From positions 1 to 61,280 of the forward strand of contig CAWVXU010000006.1 in the NCBI GenBank assembly GCA_963934255.1: DNA of 61,280 nucleotides, given 5' to 3'. Source of the stretch: an uncultured Fibrobacterales bacterium (GTDB taxonomy: Bacteria > Fibrobacterota > Fibrobacteria > Fibrobacterales > CAWVXU01). Shown here one piece after another: positions 28,418 to 38,402 of the stretch. The position numbers and the translations under genes are program-made. Positions within the stretch are counted from its first letter, which is position 1. Every line of letters starts with the position of its first letter. The notes below the pieces were generated by a model. It saw only the letters and a program-made list of their open reading frames with translations. It had not been told where the DNA came from and ran no database searches.

Positions 28418-30315
28418 GGCGTTTCTTTCTTAAGAAGCGAGTCAAGTATGTTGAGGCTATCTCTTTGTAGCATCAAGGTATCGGCAAATTTAAAGTAGGG
28501 TTCAGGTGCTAGGAATGGATGTACTCGTCCTGGGTTTCTAATATTATTAGAATCTAAATCATGATAGCCTTCAAGGAAATATTTGGAGACTTCAATTGAC
28601 TTGAAAATAAATTGATTTTGATCATCACATGTAGTGAAGTATTCTGAGTAGTTGTTAAATAATCGAAGCTCTGTAGTGTGACTACATTGAGGAATAGTGC
28701 CTTGGAGCTGGGTGATTTTTAAAGGGTCCCATGTTGTGTAGCTGACGAGTAATTTGGAATTGACTATAATATTTGTGTCGAGCCGATTGGGGCTATCATC
28801 TAGGGTCCCGTCATTTGAAGTGACTGAGTTTATGGACAGATTGGTCTTGGTTTTTTTGATGCTATCGAGACTAAGGTCTTGAGTGAGATCTGTGTTTTTT
28901 CTTTGAAAAATGGTGTCGCTAATGAGTTTGAATATTTTAACTTGAGCGCCTGAACCTGGCTTGATTGCTGGTTTTAAAACAATTGAATTAGCCAGAGAAT
29001 CTTTTAGAGAAAATTCTGTAGTATCTCCATTAATTGTAAGCATAAGCTGATCTTGCCAATCAGAGCCTGATGTGAGTCTGTCAAAATAAAGATGTACATT
29101 TTGAGCGGGTTGAATACCTGCAGACTTGTTGCGAGGCTCACTATAAATCATTTGAGCATGTGTGGTGTCTAGATTCCATATAAAAGATTGTTTGGCTTCA
29201 ATAGAATCGACAAGCCGACCCAGGGTGTCTTTAAGTGTAGGAAAATAGATCGTGTAGGTAGAATCTTTTTTGAGGCCGTTTGTTTTTAAGATTAACCCGG
29301 GTGATTGAGGTAAAGCAAAAACTTTACTCGGATGAGTAGACCAAGTAGAATCCATATTGTAAATGACATACTTAGATGTATCACTAGCCTCTGGCCATTT
29401 GGGTGAGCGATTAAATTTAATGTAGAGCTGTTCATCTCTGTATGAAACAACACTAATTTGACTCAAGCCTACAGTGTCCATTGGCGTAAGACTAAGGTTT
29501 AAGGGTTGTTGTTTGTTGTTGAGTGAAACATCATAAGATAAGAGTGCAACATTTTCTTCACTGAGCTCTGGTTTGGAGTTGCCGTTTCTATCTTGGAAAG
29601 CCATCACTCTAAATTTCATTTGTGGTAGCCCTTGGAACTCAAAATAACCTTGAGTGTCTACGCCAGTTTTATACATCGGAGGCTCAAGGATGAGATGTGG
29701 CTCAAGGTCAATAGCCTTTTCTGAAAGTTGAATGTTAGAATCGGTTGGATTCTTTTCAGCTTCTGTATTTAAATATTGTAGGTGTGGTGTTTTTCGTCTT
29801 ATTTCACCTAGAGGATAAAGTGCTACTATGGTGTTTGCTGAAATTTTTGCAGTAGAAAATGCGTTTTGGACAAAGCCTTGAAGTTTGAGGCTGTCGAGAA
29901 TTTCGCCTGTACTAAATGTAAGTGAAAAGGGTTTGGTCATATTGTTGCCGCGTAGATCTTCAATAGAAGTACTTAGGCTAATTGTGTAGGTCGTGTTGGG
30001 GGCTAGAGTATCTCTGCTTGTGATCGTCAGTTTGTCACCGTGAGCATCAAGCTTGAGAGGTGTTTCAAGTGGAGGAGAAATATGAGCGTGTTTGAAATTA
30101 ACGCGATCATTAATCCATTCATTGAACTGAATCACAGCTTTAAAGTCTTGATCCACTTTAATTTGATTTTGAGCAGGATAAATCCCAGCTACCCGAGGTG
30201 CTGATTTGTCTGGTGGACCTCCGCTAGGACCTTCGACATGAGCACAAGAAATGACAAATGCAATAACAAAACTTGTCATTGCGAAAACCGAATATACTTG
30301 AGTCCATCTTGCCAT
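28414..30315 (-). CDS. Ig-like (Big_5) domain lipoprotein
   Basis: Lipobox ISCA..GPSGGPPD; F-N-E-W-I...PNTTYTI...DLRGN...FSTG pattern. Confidence 0.75.
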   Translation of the reverse strand: MARWTQVYSVFAMTSFVIAFVISCAHVEGPSGGPPDKSAPRVAGIYPAQNQIKVDQDFKAVIQFNEWINDRVNFKHAHISPPLETPLKLDAHGDKLTITSRDTLAPNTTYTISLSTSIEDLRGNNMTKPFSLTFSTGEILDSLKLQGFVQNAFSTAKISANTIVALYPLGEIRRKTPHLQYLNTEAEKNPTDSNIQLSEKAIDLEPHLILEPPMYKTGVDTQGYFEFQGLPQMKFRVMAFQDRNGNSKPELSEENVALLSYDVSLNNKQQPLNLSLTPMDTVGLSQISVVSYRDEQLYIKFNRSPKWPEASDTSKYVIYNMDSTWSTHPSKVFALPQSPGLILKTNGLKKDSTYTIYFPTLKDTLGRLVDSIEAKQSFIWNLDTTHAQMIYSEPRNKSAGIQPAQNVHLYFDRLTSGSDWQDQLMLTINGDTTEFSLKDSLANSIVLKPAIKPGSGAQVKIFKLISDTIFQRKNTDLTQDLSLDSIKKTKTNLSINSVTSNDGTLDDSPNRLDTNIIVNSKLLVSYTTWDPLKITQLQGTIPQCSHTTELRLFNNYSEYFTTCDDQNQFIFKSIEVSKYFLEGYHDLDSNNIRNPGRVHPFLAPEPYFKFADTLMLQRDSLNILDSLLKKETP

Positions 30316-30320
30316 TTATA

Positions 30321-31775
30321 TTAAACTCCGTGAATCAATTTGCCAATTCTAGTCCAACGAATTTTGAGTGGTAGGCTTAACCAGCTAAAAGGATTGAATA
30401 GTGAAATATTATTTTCATTATCAATAGACATATAAATGATGAATGCCTTGGCTTTGACATTGTTGCGACTTAAGTAACCCCAAAAGCGTGAGTCTGAAGA
30501 ATTATCACGATTATCACCAGCCATGAAATAGACATCTTGTTCAATGGTATAACCTTTGATTTCTTGACCATCAATTGTGAGTTTTGACCTAACTTCGAAA
30601 TCAGGGATTTGCCCAATCTTGGTTGGTTTCACAGAAGCTACTGAAGTAGTTGATGATGAATCAGATATTGATGAAATGTTTTTATTTGAAATAGAATCAT
30701 GAACCGAAGTTAAACCTGTAACTACAGTTGAGACTTGAGTTAAGCTAGCAAGTTCTCTTTTTCTCATACTTTTATAAGTCTGTAAATTGTAATCCAGGCC
30801 CTCGACCCAACTTGTGAAGTAATAGTAATAAGCAACAGACCTCATACCCATAGAAGCCGGTTGATTCATTATTTGTTGATCAGGTAAAAACCCTGTCAGC
30901 AAGGGTTCCTTAAATTCTCGTTGGAAACTGATGGGATCTTTGGAAAAATCTGAACGCGCTAAGGTCTTAGTCTGATCAGCTGAATAGATATCCTTGGTGA
31001 GTGCAATATTCATCGCCTCAGCAGATCCTGGAGCATAAAAAGGCGAACCATTGATGGGAGACCATTGGTATTCATTGTTGAGAATGCCATCTACATAAAG
31101 GTTGAGGTCTAGGTTAACTATAGATGATGGATTTTCTTGAACGATAAGTGATCGCACCCTGTGAAGCTCTGCAAGACTGAGTGTGTCAAACTGGATAGTT
31201 TGTCCTGGCTTTGGAAGTGTTACCGGTCCGAAGTTATCTCGAAAAAGCCTCGCCACTGGATCTAAAATTTTGCCATAACCAGGAATAGGGGTTTGTTTGC
31301 CATCAATAAAAAACTTTTTATCGCGAACTTCTATAGTTTGGCCGCTTTTGGCAACGACCCTTTTAATAAAATCCTTAGGTCCCTGGAAGTATGAAATCAG
31401 AGACGGTTGGTCTCCTTTGGGTTGGTGGTCCCAATAGTAATTGCCTAAAATGAGTAAATTGGCAAGATGTGAGTATCTATCATTGTCATAGTCAGGGTAC
31501 TGAGGCTCGCCAGGGTAACGGAAAATAATGATGTTTCCAGTGTCTGGTTCTATCATACTCGGTGTGCGATTATCTGAAAAAGGAAGTGGGCTTCCATAGA
31601 CAAATTTAAGTCCCAATAAAAAGTCACCTACAAGTAGGCTGTCTTCCATTGATTGAGAAGGAATCTTAAATGCCTGAATAACAAATTGGATAACCAATAT
31701 TGCCATTGCTAGTGGCATTATAATTTCTTTACAAACCCATTTAATAGGGTTTTTAGTAAATCGTAATCTTTTCAT
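30321..31775 (-). CDS. lepB: Signal peptidase I
   Basis: IPSQSM (catalytic Ser), DFIKRV (Lys), GDNRDNSSDSR; start set at MKRLRF. Confidence 0.92.
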   Translation of the reverse strand: MKRLRFTKNPIKWVCKEIIMPLAMAILVIQFVIQAFKIPSQSMEDSLLVGDFLLGLKFVYGSPLPFSDNRTPSMIEPDTGNIIIFRYPGEPQYPDYDNDRYSHLANLLILGNYYWDHQPKGDQPSLISYFQGPKDFIKRVVAKSGQTIEVRDKKFFIDGKQTPIPGYGKILDPVARLFRDNFGPVTLPKPGQTIQFDTLSLAELHRVRSLIVQENPSSIVNLDLNLYVDGILNNEYQWSPINGSPFYAPGSAEAMNIALTKDIYSADQTKTLARSDFSKDPISFQREFKEPLLTGFLPDQQIMNQPASMGMRSVAYYYYFTSWVEGLDYNLQTYKSMRKRELASLTQVSTVVTGLTSVHDSISNKNISSISDSSSTTSVASVKPTKIGQIPDFEVRSKLTIDGQEIKGYTIEQDVYFMAGDNRDNSSDSRFWGYLSRNNVKAKAFIIYMSIDNENNISLFNPFSWLSLPLKIRWTRIGKLIHGV

Positions 31776-31809
31776 GAACTCACCTTCGTCGGAGCTCAAA
31801 GATACAAAT

Positions 31810-32706
31810 TTATCCTTGCCATTTCCACTTTCTAGCTAGGAACTTTGAGAATAGATTCATAGCCAAAATCATCACCAAAAGAACAAAAGCTGCACCCCAG
31901 GCTTGAGATTGTACCAATTCATCTGGGTCTCTTGCATAATTATAGATCATTAATGGAAGAGCTTCCATTTCCTTGAAAATATTATAATTGGTGAATCTAG
32001 ATCCGAGTGCAGTAAATAGGAGTGGTGCTGTTTCACCTGTGACTCTAGCCACAGAGAGTAGAATGCCGTTGACAATACCTGACATGCCAGCCGGTAATAT
32101 CACCAGTATAATCGTTTTCCAATAAGGTGCACCAAGCGCTAAAGAGCCTTCTTTCAAACTAGTAGGGAGTAACTTAAGCGTTTCTTCTGTCGAGCGAATG
32201 AGTACAGGTAGCATCATTATAGCCAAAGCTATACCACCTGACAGTGCTGAAAATTGGCCAGAAGTCTTAACAATCCAGGCCCAACATGCTATTCCTACGA
32301 CAATGGAAGGTATCGAGTGTAAAATTTCGACACAAAGCCCTGTCAATTTGGCCATGCGTGAAGTTTTATATTCTGATAAAAAGACACCAATAAGGACTCC
32401 AAAGGGGACAGCAATGAATGTGGCAATACCCACAATTGTTATGGTGCCTACAATGGCGTTAAAAATACCACCCTTGACCCCAGTATCACTGACAGCAGGA
32501 GTGGATATAAAATCCCAAGATATACTAGAGATTCCCTGCTTAAAAATAAAAGCAAAAATGAAAAACAATGGAAGCATTGCCAAAAAGCAAAGGGCTATGA
32601 CGGCAACTTTAAAAATAAAGTTCTTTCTTTGGCGCCAAATTGTTTGGACTGATTGTTTGGTATGTATTTTTTTTGATATAGAGTCATCGACTGTGGTAGT
32701 ATTCAT
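31810..32706 (-). CDS. pstA: Phosphate ABC transporter permease PstA
   Basis: SIPSIVVG and ARVTGETAPL motifs. Confidence 0.95.
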   Translation of the reverse strand: MNTTTVDDSISKKIHTKQSVQTIWRQRKNFIFKVAVIALCFLAMLPLFFIFAFIFKQGISSISWDFISTPAVSDTGVKGGIFNAIVGTITIVGIATFIAVPFGVLIGVFLSEYKTSRMAKLTGLCVEILHSIPSIVVGIACWAWIVKTSGQFSALSGGIALAIMMLPVLIRSTEETLKLLPTSLKEGSLALGAPYWKTIILVILPAGMSGIVNGILLSVARVTGETAPLLFTALGSRFTNYNIFKEMEALPLMIYNYARDPDELVQSQAWGAAFVLLVMILAMNLFSKFLARKWKWQG

Positions 32707-33599
32707 TATCCATTCCTCGATAAGCTAGTGATAGTCAATTTACCCAAAAGATTAATAATGGTTGTGATCACAAATAAAATAAGTCCAATGAAAATGAGTG
32801 CTGAAATATAGACGTCATCGCTTGCTTCAGCAAATTCGTTTGCTAAGAGTGATGCCATTGTATTACCTAAGGCAAAGATGCTTCCAGGGGTTTCATTATT
32901 ATTGCCAATCACCATTGTCACGGCCATAGTTTCACCAAGTGCACGGCCGAGTGAGAGCATAAATCCTGCGAAAATTCCTGACTTACAATAAGGGAAAATA
33001 ATGTCTTTAATGACCTCAAAACGGGTGGTACCAAGAGCATAAGCTGATTCCTTTAGTCCTTGAGGGACCATTCCCATAATCTCACGTGTCATAGAGGCGG
33101 AAAATGGAATTATCATAATTGAAAGAACAATTGCAGACGTCATCACACCAAAGCCGTTATTATTCATCCCCATAGAAACTTTGAATTCCTGCATCTTGGG
33201 TACAAGGTAAAAAAGAGCCCAAAAGCCATAGATAACTGAAGGGATACCTGCAAGTAATTCAATGAGTGATGTGATAAAAGAAGAAATAGCACCCTTTTTA
33301 AAATACTCACCTAGTAAGATGGCAATAGAAAGAGAGAAGGGAATACTTATCAGGAGTGCTAAAAATGAAGTTAAGAGAGTTCCTACTATAAATGGTAAAG
33401 AACCAAGAGTTCCACCCACGTCATCATAGTTGGGATTCCAGTCATTAGCCCATATAAATCTGGCACCAAATTCTGAAAAAGCTTCACTTGAACCGTTTAC
33501 TAAAGTGATGAAAAATGCAACCACTAGCATGATAAGAAGCCCGGCCAGCATGCGCAGGCCGAGGCTAAAGAAATCAATGGGAAATCTCTTTGTATCCAT
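32706..33599 (-). CDS. pstC: Phosphate ABC transporter permease PstC
   Basis: AGIPSVIYGFW and GRALGETMAVTMVIGN motifs. Confidence 0.95.
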   Translation of the reverse strand: MDTKRFPIDFFSLGLRMLAGLLIMLVVAFFITLVNGSSEAFSEFGARFIWANDWNPNYDDVGGTLGSLPFIVGTLLTSFLALLISIPFSLSIAILLGEYFKKGAISSFITSLIELLAGIPSVIYGFWALFYLVPKMQEFKVSMGMNNNGFGVMTSAIVLSIMIIPFSASMTREIMGMVPQGLKESAYALGTTRFEVIKDIIFPYCKSGIFAGFMLSLGRALGETMAVTMVIGNNNETPGSIFALGNTMASLLANEFAEASDDVYISALIFIGLILFVITTIINLLGKLTITSLSRNG

Positions 33600-34684
33600 T
33601 ATTTACTCATTAGTGGTTGCCCACCAAAAGTGATGGATTTTAGAATTGCTTCACCTGCTAGTTTGGCTTTAGCGGGGATTGGAGCGTAGTGCAGAGGTTC
33701 AGCATATTTTTGACCTGCATGAGACATCCACCAAATAAGTTCAATCAGAGCTTTTGATTGTTCTTTGGTGCGCTTTGAATATTTTTGTTCTTGGTAAAGC
33801 AGGATCCATGTGAATCCTGCAATTGGATATCCAAATTCAGCGGCTGTATTTGTCAGTGACACACGAGTGTCAGCGGGGATTTCACCTTCGCCAGCTAGGC
33901 TTGTACCTTGGATATCTGGTTTAACAAAATTTCCAGCAACGTTTTTAACAGCAGCTACGGGTAGGTTGTTTTTGATTGCATAGGCAAGTTCAACATAAGC
34001 AATAGCACCCGTTGTTTTTTTCACAACGTTAGTCACGCCATCATTACCTTTAGCACCAAGACCTACCGGCCATTTAACTGATTTGCCTTTGCCGACTTTC
34101 TTAGCCCATTCAGGAGAAACTTTCGCTAAATAATCCGTGAAAATTGCGGTAGTACCCGAGCCATCTGATCGACGAACAACTGTGATTTGTTGATCTGGAA
34201 GTGAAACACCGGGGTTGTTTTTAACAATGCGCTCATGATTCCATTTTTTGATGTTACCTAGGAAAATATCTTTTATAAGAGCGGGGCTTAATTTCAACTG
34301 AGGTGAGCCGTCGATGTTATATGTGATTGAAACGGCGCCAAGTGCCATTGGAATGTGTACAAGAGGAGCTTCGAATTTAGCTAGTTTCTTGTCAGAGACA
34401 AATGCGTCAGAGCCACCAAAATCAACTGTTTTGTTTTTGATTTGACGCTGACCACCACCTGAACCAATGGCTTGATAATTGACTTTCACCCCTGTTTCTT
34501 TTACATATGCAGTGAACATTTCAGAGTATAAAGGATAAGGGAAAGTTGCTCCTGCACCTAGAATTTCTATTTGTGCAGCGGCCGGTGCAGCTGTTTTTTC
34601 ATTTGAAGTTTTATCTTCGCCACAGCCGATAACTGTGAGTGCAAGACCAAGTGAAAGTCCAAGTAGTATTGTTTTAAATTTCAT
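33599..34684 (-). CDS. pstS: Phosphate-binding lipoprotein PstS
   Basis: GAGATFPYP, GSGGG, RRSDGSGTT; lipobox VIGC; start at MKFKT with AGAGGA RBS. Confidence 0.96.
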   Translation of the reverse strand: MKFKTILLGLSLGLALTVIGCGEDKTSNEKTAAPAAAQIEILGAGATFPYPLYSEMFTAYVKETGVKVNYQAIGSGGGQRQIKNKTVDFGGSDAFVSDKKLAKFEAPLVHIPMALGAVSITYNIDGSPQLKLSPALIKDIFLGNIKKWNHERIVKNNPGVSLPDQQITVVRRSDGSGTTAIFTDYLAKVSPEWAKKVGKGKSVKWPVGLGAKGNDGVTNVVKKTTGAIAYVELAYAIKNNLPVAAVKNVAGNFVKPDIQGTSLAGEGEIPADTRVSLTNTAAEFGYPIAGFTWILLYQEQKYSKRTKEQSKALIELIWWMSHAGQKYAEPLHYAPIPAKAKLAGEAILKSITFGGQPLMSK

Positions 34685-34749
34685 TTTTTTCCTCTGGTGG
34701 ATGGGGTAAAAAGTGTTGTTTTCATGTTGATTCAAATAAAGCTTTTAAG

Positions 34750-34800
34750 TGTTAGTATTTTATTAGTGCTTGGTTTGAATCAAGTTTGAATCTCATTTGA
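34750..34800 (-). promoter_or_regulatory. Pho-box-like 11-bp direct repeats upstream of pstS
   Basis: Plus-strand heptamers TGTTAGT, TATTAGT, GGTTTGA, AGTTTGA, CATTTGA at 34750/61/72/83/94. Confidence 0.65.
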
Positions 34801-34804
34801 AACA

Positions 34805-35452
34805 TTAGTGCAGGTGTCTCATTATTTTACCATTGATCATGTATTCAACATCTTCTGCAATATTTGTGCAATGGTCTCCGATACGCTCTAAATATCTAGA
34901 TATAGCCATGTGGCGCATGAGGTACTTGATACGCTTAGGTTTCTCTTCACCAATTTTTGCTATAACCCCATAGTTATCAATATGCAATTGATTGAGCTTG
35001 TCTTCCAAATAAACGACTTTTGACACATTATCGAGCTTCTCATGAATCAGCGCATCAAGACTAAGGATCAACATCTCTTCAGTGATCTTGGCCATTTCAG
35101 AAAAATCAATTACCAATTTGTAATCATCAGTGAGAGTTTGCGTTTGTTGAGCTATATTGACGGCTAAGTCTCCAATGCGTTCAAGATCGTTATTGATTTT
35201 TAAACAAGCCACGACATAGCGCAGTGCACCGGCTACTGGTTGATGGAGGGCTAGGATTTTCAAACACTCTTCTTCGACTTCAATTTCTAGTTTATTGACT
35301 AATAAGTCACCTTCAATAACTTGTTGGCATTTGCTGTTATCGCCTTCAGTTACGGCCTCTAGTGCGTCATGAACACTTCTTTTAACTATTTCACCAAGGT
35401 TTAAAATCTCGGTATTTAATTTTTGAATTTCTCTTTCAAAATGAATACTCAT
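34805..35452 (-). CDS. phoU: Phosphate signalling protein PhoU
   Basis: Two ERIGD motifs; LALHQPVA. Confidence 0.95.
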   Translation of the reverse strand: MSIHFEREIQKLNTEILNLGEIVKRSVHDALEAVTEGDNSKCQQVIEGDLLVNKLEIEVEEECLKILALHQPVAGALRYVVACLKINNDLERIGDLAVNIAQQTQTLTDDYKLVIDFSEMAKITEEMLILSLDALIHEKLDNVSKVVYLEDKLNQLHIDNYGVIAKIGEEKPKRIKYLMRHMAISRYLERIGDHCTNIAEDVEYMINGKIMRHLH

Positions 35453-36198
35453 CCGAATCTCCCTGTAATGTAATCTTCTGTTTTTTGCTCTTTAGGTTTG
35501 GTAAACAATTGTTCTGTTTTAGTCATTTCAACGACGACGCCTTCATAGAAAAAGGCAGTGAGGTCAGATACACGTGAGGCTTGTTGCATATTATGCGTGA
35601 CGATTACAATCGTGTATTTTTCTTTAAGTTGGTCAATGAGTTCTTCGACCTTGGCAGTTGATCTAGGGTCAAGTGCTGAAGTCGGCTCATCCATCAGCAA
35701 TATCTTGGGTTCGACGGCAAGGGCTCGCGCAATACACATGCGCTGTTGTTGACCACCAGATAGTCCGAAGGCACTAGATTTAAGACGATCTTTGACTTCT
35801 CCCCAAAGGGCTGCGTTTTCAAGGCTTTTTTGGACAATCTCATCAAGAGTTGATTTGTCTTTAGTGCCATGAATTCGAGGGCCATATGCGATATTGTCAT
35901 AGATGCTTTTGGGGAAAGGGTTTGATTTCTGAAAAACCATTCCCACATTTTTTCTCAGGTTGATGACATCGGCTTGTGGGCTATATATATCCTGACCATC
36001 AATTATCACTTGACCTTTAACTCGAGCAATTTCAATTAAATCATTCATCCGGTTGAGGGTTCTCAGGTAGGTTGATTTTCCACAGCCGGAAGGGCCAATA
36101 AGCGCAGTCACCTTTTGGTGGGGTATTTCCATGTTAATATCATGGAGAACTTGGTTGTCCCCATAAAAGAAATTTAAGTCTTTCGAAATGATACTCAT
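35449..36198 (-). CDS. pstB: Phosphate ABC transporter ATPase PstB
   Basis: [17 protein letters not shown] and YITGRFG motifs. Confidence 0.97.
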   Translation of the reverse strand: MSIISKDLNFFYGDNQVLHDINMEIPHQKVTALIGPSGCGKSTYLRTLNRMNDLIEIARVKGQVIIDGQDIYSPQADVINLRKNVGMVFQKSNPFPKSIYDNIAYGPRIHGTKDKSTLDEIVQKSLENAALWGEVKDRLKSSAFGLSGGQQQRMCIARALAVEPKILLMDEPTSALDPRSTAKVEELIDQLKEKYTIVIVTHNMQQASRVSDLTAFFYEGVVVEMTKTEQLFTKPKEQKTEDYITGRFG

Positions 36199-36240
36199 TT
36201 GACACCTCTTAAAATAGTTGCATAAACCTTAGAATACACT

Positions 36241-36310
36241 TGTTAGGATATTGTCAGGATTTTATAAGAAAATGACTGTGAGTGCGTTAAAATGTTAAGA
36301 TAGTGTTAGC
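36241..36310 (-). promoter_or_regulatory. Pho-box-like 11-bp repeats between pstB and the Na/Pi symporter
   Basis: TGTTAGG 36241, TGTCAGG 36252, TATAAGA 36263; second pair TGTTAAG 36293, TGTTAGC 36304. Confidence 0.6.
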
Positions 36311-36501
36311 GTTTGAGATGATTTATTGACATTAAGGCTAAACTCCCATTTTTAGACTTTAGATAGAGTTCTGTGGTGTTATTCTAACTTGAGGAAGTTT
36401 CAAAAATTAATCAATAAAGCAATTCTTTTGAATATACAAGGTGACAATTCGCTGTGAAATCCTATTATTTCACTCGCTGATTAAAAAATGGAGACCAAAG
36501 T

Positions 36502-38178
36502 ATGGATTTGGTTGCGATTCAAAAAATGCTTTTTGCCCTTATTGGTGGATTGGGAATATTCTTATTAGGCATGAAATATATGTCCGAAGGGTTGCAGACT
36601 GTTGCTGGCCCTAGCTTACGTAAGTTAATTGCTATGGTAACGGGTAACCGTATTTTTGCTACTGGTGTTGGTGTGATTGTTACCTGTCTTGTTCAATCAA
36701 GCTCGGTGACTACAGTAATGACTGTGGGCTTTGTGAACTCAGGCATCATGGCGCTTGAATCTGCCATTGGAGTGATCTTAGGTGCTAATATTGGTACTAC
36801 TGTCACTGGTTGGATACTTGTTCTTAAAGTGGGTAAATGGGGGCTCCCCATATTAGGTGTGGCGACTTTCTTCTTCTTATTTAGTAAAAAAGAAAAAGTC
36901 AAATACGTCGCTCTGGCTATTTTGGGTATTGGGATGGTGTTTTATGGCTTAGAAGTCATGAAAGGTGGCGTTAAAGTCATTAAATCAATTCCAGAATTCC
37001 ATGAAGCCTTTAGTTACTTTACTGCAGATACTTATTTAGGTGTTTTGAAATGTGCTTTTATTGGGTGTTTATTAACGATCTTGGTTCAATCTTCCTCGGC
37101 GACTCTTGGTATTACCATAGCACTTGCTTCAGAGGGTGTCATTGGATTTGAGACGGCTGCTGCTCTTGTACTTGGTGAAAATATCGGTACAACGATTACA
37201 GCTCTTCTAGCCTCTATTGGTACAACAACTAACGCTAAGCGTGCTGCATATTTCCACATGCTATTTAATTTGATTGGTGTTATTTGGATAACGAGTCTAT
37301 TTAGGTTCTACATACCATTCATTGAATGGATTGCTAGTACCTTTATGGGGATTAGTGAAATCAATAGAATGGTCGTGGTAGATGGGGCAGAAACATACCC
37401 CAATGTCCCAATGGCCATCGCAACTGTGCACTCAATCTTTAATGTTGCTAATGTGGTCTTTTTCCTACCATTCACTCATATTTTCTCGAGATACCTCATT
37501 AAGTTTGTCCCAGAGAAAGAGTCTGAATCAAAGTATTTGACTCACCTTAATTTCAAAAACCTAGAATCGCCATTTGCAGCACTTGAAATATCAAGTCGCG
37601 AAGTAGATAAAATGAAAGCTTATAATACTTCTATGATTCAAGATCTTCGTATTGTTTTAGAATCTGAAGAAACAGATACTAAGCGTATTGCAGAAGTATT
37701 TAAAATGGAAGAGATGTTTGATCAAGTTCAAAAAGAAGTCACAGAATTCTTAACTGAGCTTCTGAGTGAGCCTTTGGGGGTTGAAGACGTTGAGCGAGCC
37801 AAACGTCAGTTAAAACTTGTAGATGAGTATGAGTCTGTTTCGGATTATGCTGCTCAAGTATTGAAGCTTTTCTTGCGTCTACAAGACCAAGAAAAAATAA
37901 TCAATGCATCACAAAGACTAGGGTTAATTGATCTTCATAAGCAAATCGAGTTATTAGTTGATCTAACAATGGAGCCTACTCAAGAAAAATTAGTACAGAT
38001 TTTGGAGAAGTCTGACCGGATTACTGATGAAGTTCGTCGCTTGAGAAATGCACATTGGGACCTTCTTTCGACTGAAAAAGTTGATCCTCTCGTCTCCACA
38101 TCTTATACGGATATCTTAACATCTTATAGAAAAATGAAAAACCATATGGTACAGGTAGCTGAAGCTCAAATGAGTTAA
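36502..38178 (+). CDS. Na/Pi cotransporter family protein with PhoU-like C-terminus
   Basis: Two QSSS motifs; GANIGTT and GENIGTT. Confidence 0.92.
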   Translation: MDLVAIQKMLFALIGGLGIFLLGMKYMSEGLQTVAGPSLRKLIAMVTGNRIFATGVGVIVTCLVQSSSVTTVMTVGFVNSGIMALESAIGVILGANIGTTVTGWILVLKVGKWGLPILGVATFFFLFSKKEKVKYVALAILGIGMVFYGLEVMKGGVKVIKSIPEFHEAFSYFTADTYLGVLKCAFIGCLLTILVQSSSATLGITIALASEGVIGFETAAALVLGENIGTTITALLASIGTTTNAKRAAYFHMLFNLIGVIWITSLFRFYIPFIEWIASTFMGISEINRMVVVDGAETYPNVPMAIATVHSIFNVANVVFFLPFTHIFSRYLIKFVPEKESESKYLTHLNFKNLESPFAALEISSREVDKMKAYNTSMIQDLRIVLESEETDTKRIAEVFKMEEMFDQVQKEVTEFLTELLSEPLGVEDVERAKRQLKLVDEYESVSDYAAQVLKLFLRLQDQEKIINASQRLGLIDLHKQIELLVDLTMEPTQEKLVQILEKSDRITDEVRRLRNAHWDLLSTEKVDPLVSTSYTDILTSYRKMKNHMVQVAEAQMS

Positions 38179-38244
38179 GGTTGACCCTCGCTTTTGACTC
38201 GTGGGTGACTTGTATGAGTTAACTGTAGGGTCAAGATGTATTTT

Positions 38245-38277
38245 AAAAGGCTAAGTGATTGATTCACCTAGCCTTTT
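38245..38277. terminator. Intrinsic terminator, possibly bidirectional
   Basis: AAAAGGCTAAGTGA...TCACCTAGCCTTTT. Confidence 0.65.
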
Positions 38278-38337
38278 ATGTTCTATGGGGGTGAGATATC
38301 ATACACCTGGATGTAATTGAGGGATTCAAATAAGGGT

Positions 38338-38370
38338 AAAAAATTAGCCTCTTCATTTGCGAAGAGGCTA
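38338..38370 (-). terminator. Intrinsic terminator of the porin gene
   Basis: TAGCCTCTTC...GAAGAGGCTA stem followed by a T-run on the minus strand. Confidence 0.7.
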
Positions 38371-38402
38371 TTAAGTAAAGCTTTAAAGTAAGAGCACAGA
38401 GC

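Noticed and set aside
32198..32728. 176-aa antisense ORF over pstA, and the other short shadow ORFs in the track
   Set aside because: They lie almost wholly over well-supported genes and lack motifs, consistent with codon-bias shadows.
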